Shown here in pieces: positions 45,853 through 46,515 of a DNA stretch of 46,515 nt (position 1 is its first letter; each line of letters opens with the position of its first letter). Source of the stretch: a virus (taxonomy: Duplodnaviria > Caudoviricetes); IMG/VR virus record IMGVR_UViG_3300026543_000012, positions 1-46,515 of that record; one strand, 5' to 3'. The translations under genes and the position numbers were made by a program. Under the pieces are notes generated by a model. That model was given only the letters and a program-made list of their open reading frames with translations. It was not told where the DNA came from and did not search any database.

Positions 45853-46515
45853 TAGTTAATTGTAAACAAATCCCCCGCTGCTGGAGCATTAGTCAAAGCT
45901 GTCACTGTTAATTCTTTAGTTGCCCCATTATAACCCGTTATATCAGTAGACTGACCCAACACTGCGCCTGTGGTGAAAGTTAAAATTCTCCCTTTAAAAT
46001 GATCGGTCGTTGCTTCAGTTAAATCTGTGTCTATAACTGTAGTTGTAGGTGTGCCTACTGCTGCGCCGGTTACTATTCCTAAAGCTGACTTAGCTATATT
46101 GTCCGCCGCCGTTGTGTCGTTATTAATTGCTTCAATGTCAGAATCCATCCGGCCACCGATTAAAGCTGCTGGTAAACGTATTTGGATATCATCGGTATCA
46201 GATTGTAATGTTGTTATAGTAGCCGGAATGGTCGTGCCTGTATCTGTCAGAATATTGTCAATTATTAAGTCTAGTCTCCCACTGTTTGTCCAGTCACCCT
46301 GTATTTCGTTTGTATCTGTTAAGATATTCGCTGTATCTGCTTTAATCGCTCCAAGACCATCAGTCCCGTTAGCCAAATCTTGTGCTGAAGCTGAAGCACC
46401 TAAACTAAACGTCCATACTGTCTCACCAACTACCGACACACCACCAACAGTTCCTGTAGTAATAACTGCCTGGTAGAATTTATCAATTTCGTATCCGTTT
46501 GCTCCAGTAGCTACG
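45852..46515 (-). CDS. 3' part of the origin-spanning appendage-like protein
   Basis: In frame with 1..311; ILTDT repeats; C-terminal TDH..GR.LTFTTG module. Confidence 0.85.
   Translation of the reverse strand, partial: VATGANGYEIDKFYQAVITTGTVGGVSVVGETVWTFSLGASASAQDLANGTDGLGAIKADTANILTDTNEIQGDWTNSGRLDLIIDNILTDTGTTIPATITTLQSDTDDIQIRLPAALIGGRMDSDIEAINNDTTAADNIAKSALGIVTGAAVGTPTTTVIDTDLTEATTDHFKGRILTFTTGAVLGQSTDITGYNGATKELTVTALTNAPAAGDLFTIN
46399..46515. repeat. Terminal direct repeat, right copy
   Basis: Identical to 1-117. Confidence 0.95.

Overview
This looks like a complete circular dsDNA tailed phage genome of about 46.4 kb. Bases 1-117 are identical to 46399-46515, and one ORF reads through that junction. 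It is probably a podovirus with P22-like morphogenesis that infects a Gram-negative host. The late genes are on the minus strand: terS, terL, portal, GroES, scaffold, decoration protein, major capsid, adaptor, gp10-like hub, ejection proteins and two tail fibre/spike genes. A divergent switch at about 15.5 kb separates a rightward early arm (Sak/Rad52 annealase, four HNH endonucleases) from a leftward arm (Cro-like HTH, ninB, ninG, two methyltransferases, lysis genes and a chain of paralogous appendage-like proteins). I could not recognise an integrase, CI repressor, replication initiator, helicase, primase or polymerase. The slot where lambdoid O/P genes normally sit (about 11.9-14.35 kb) instead holds an RNA-dense region. 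It has two related modules of convergent sigma70 promoters, each predicted to make a ~100-nt antisense RNA (ColE1 RNA I/RNA II-like layout), plus a perfect DnaA box and several strand-specific structured elements. All calls come from reading motifs by eye; no searches or folding programs were run.
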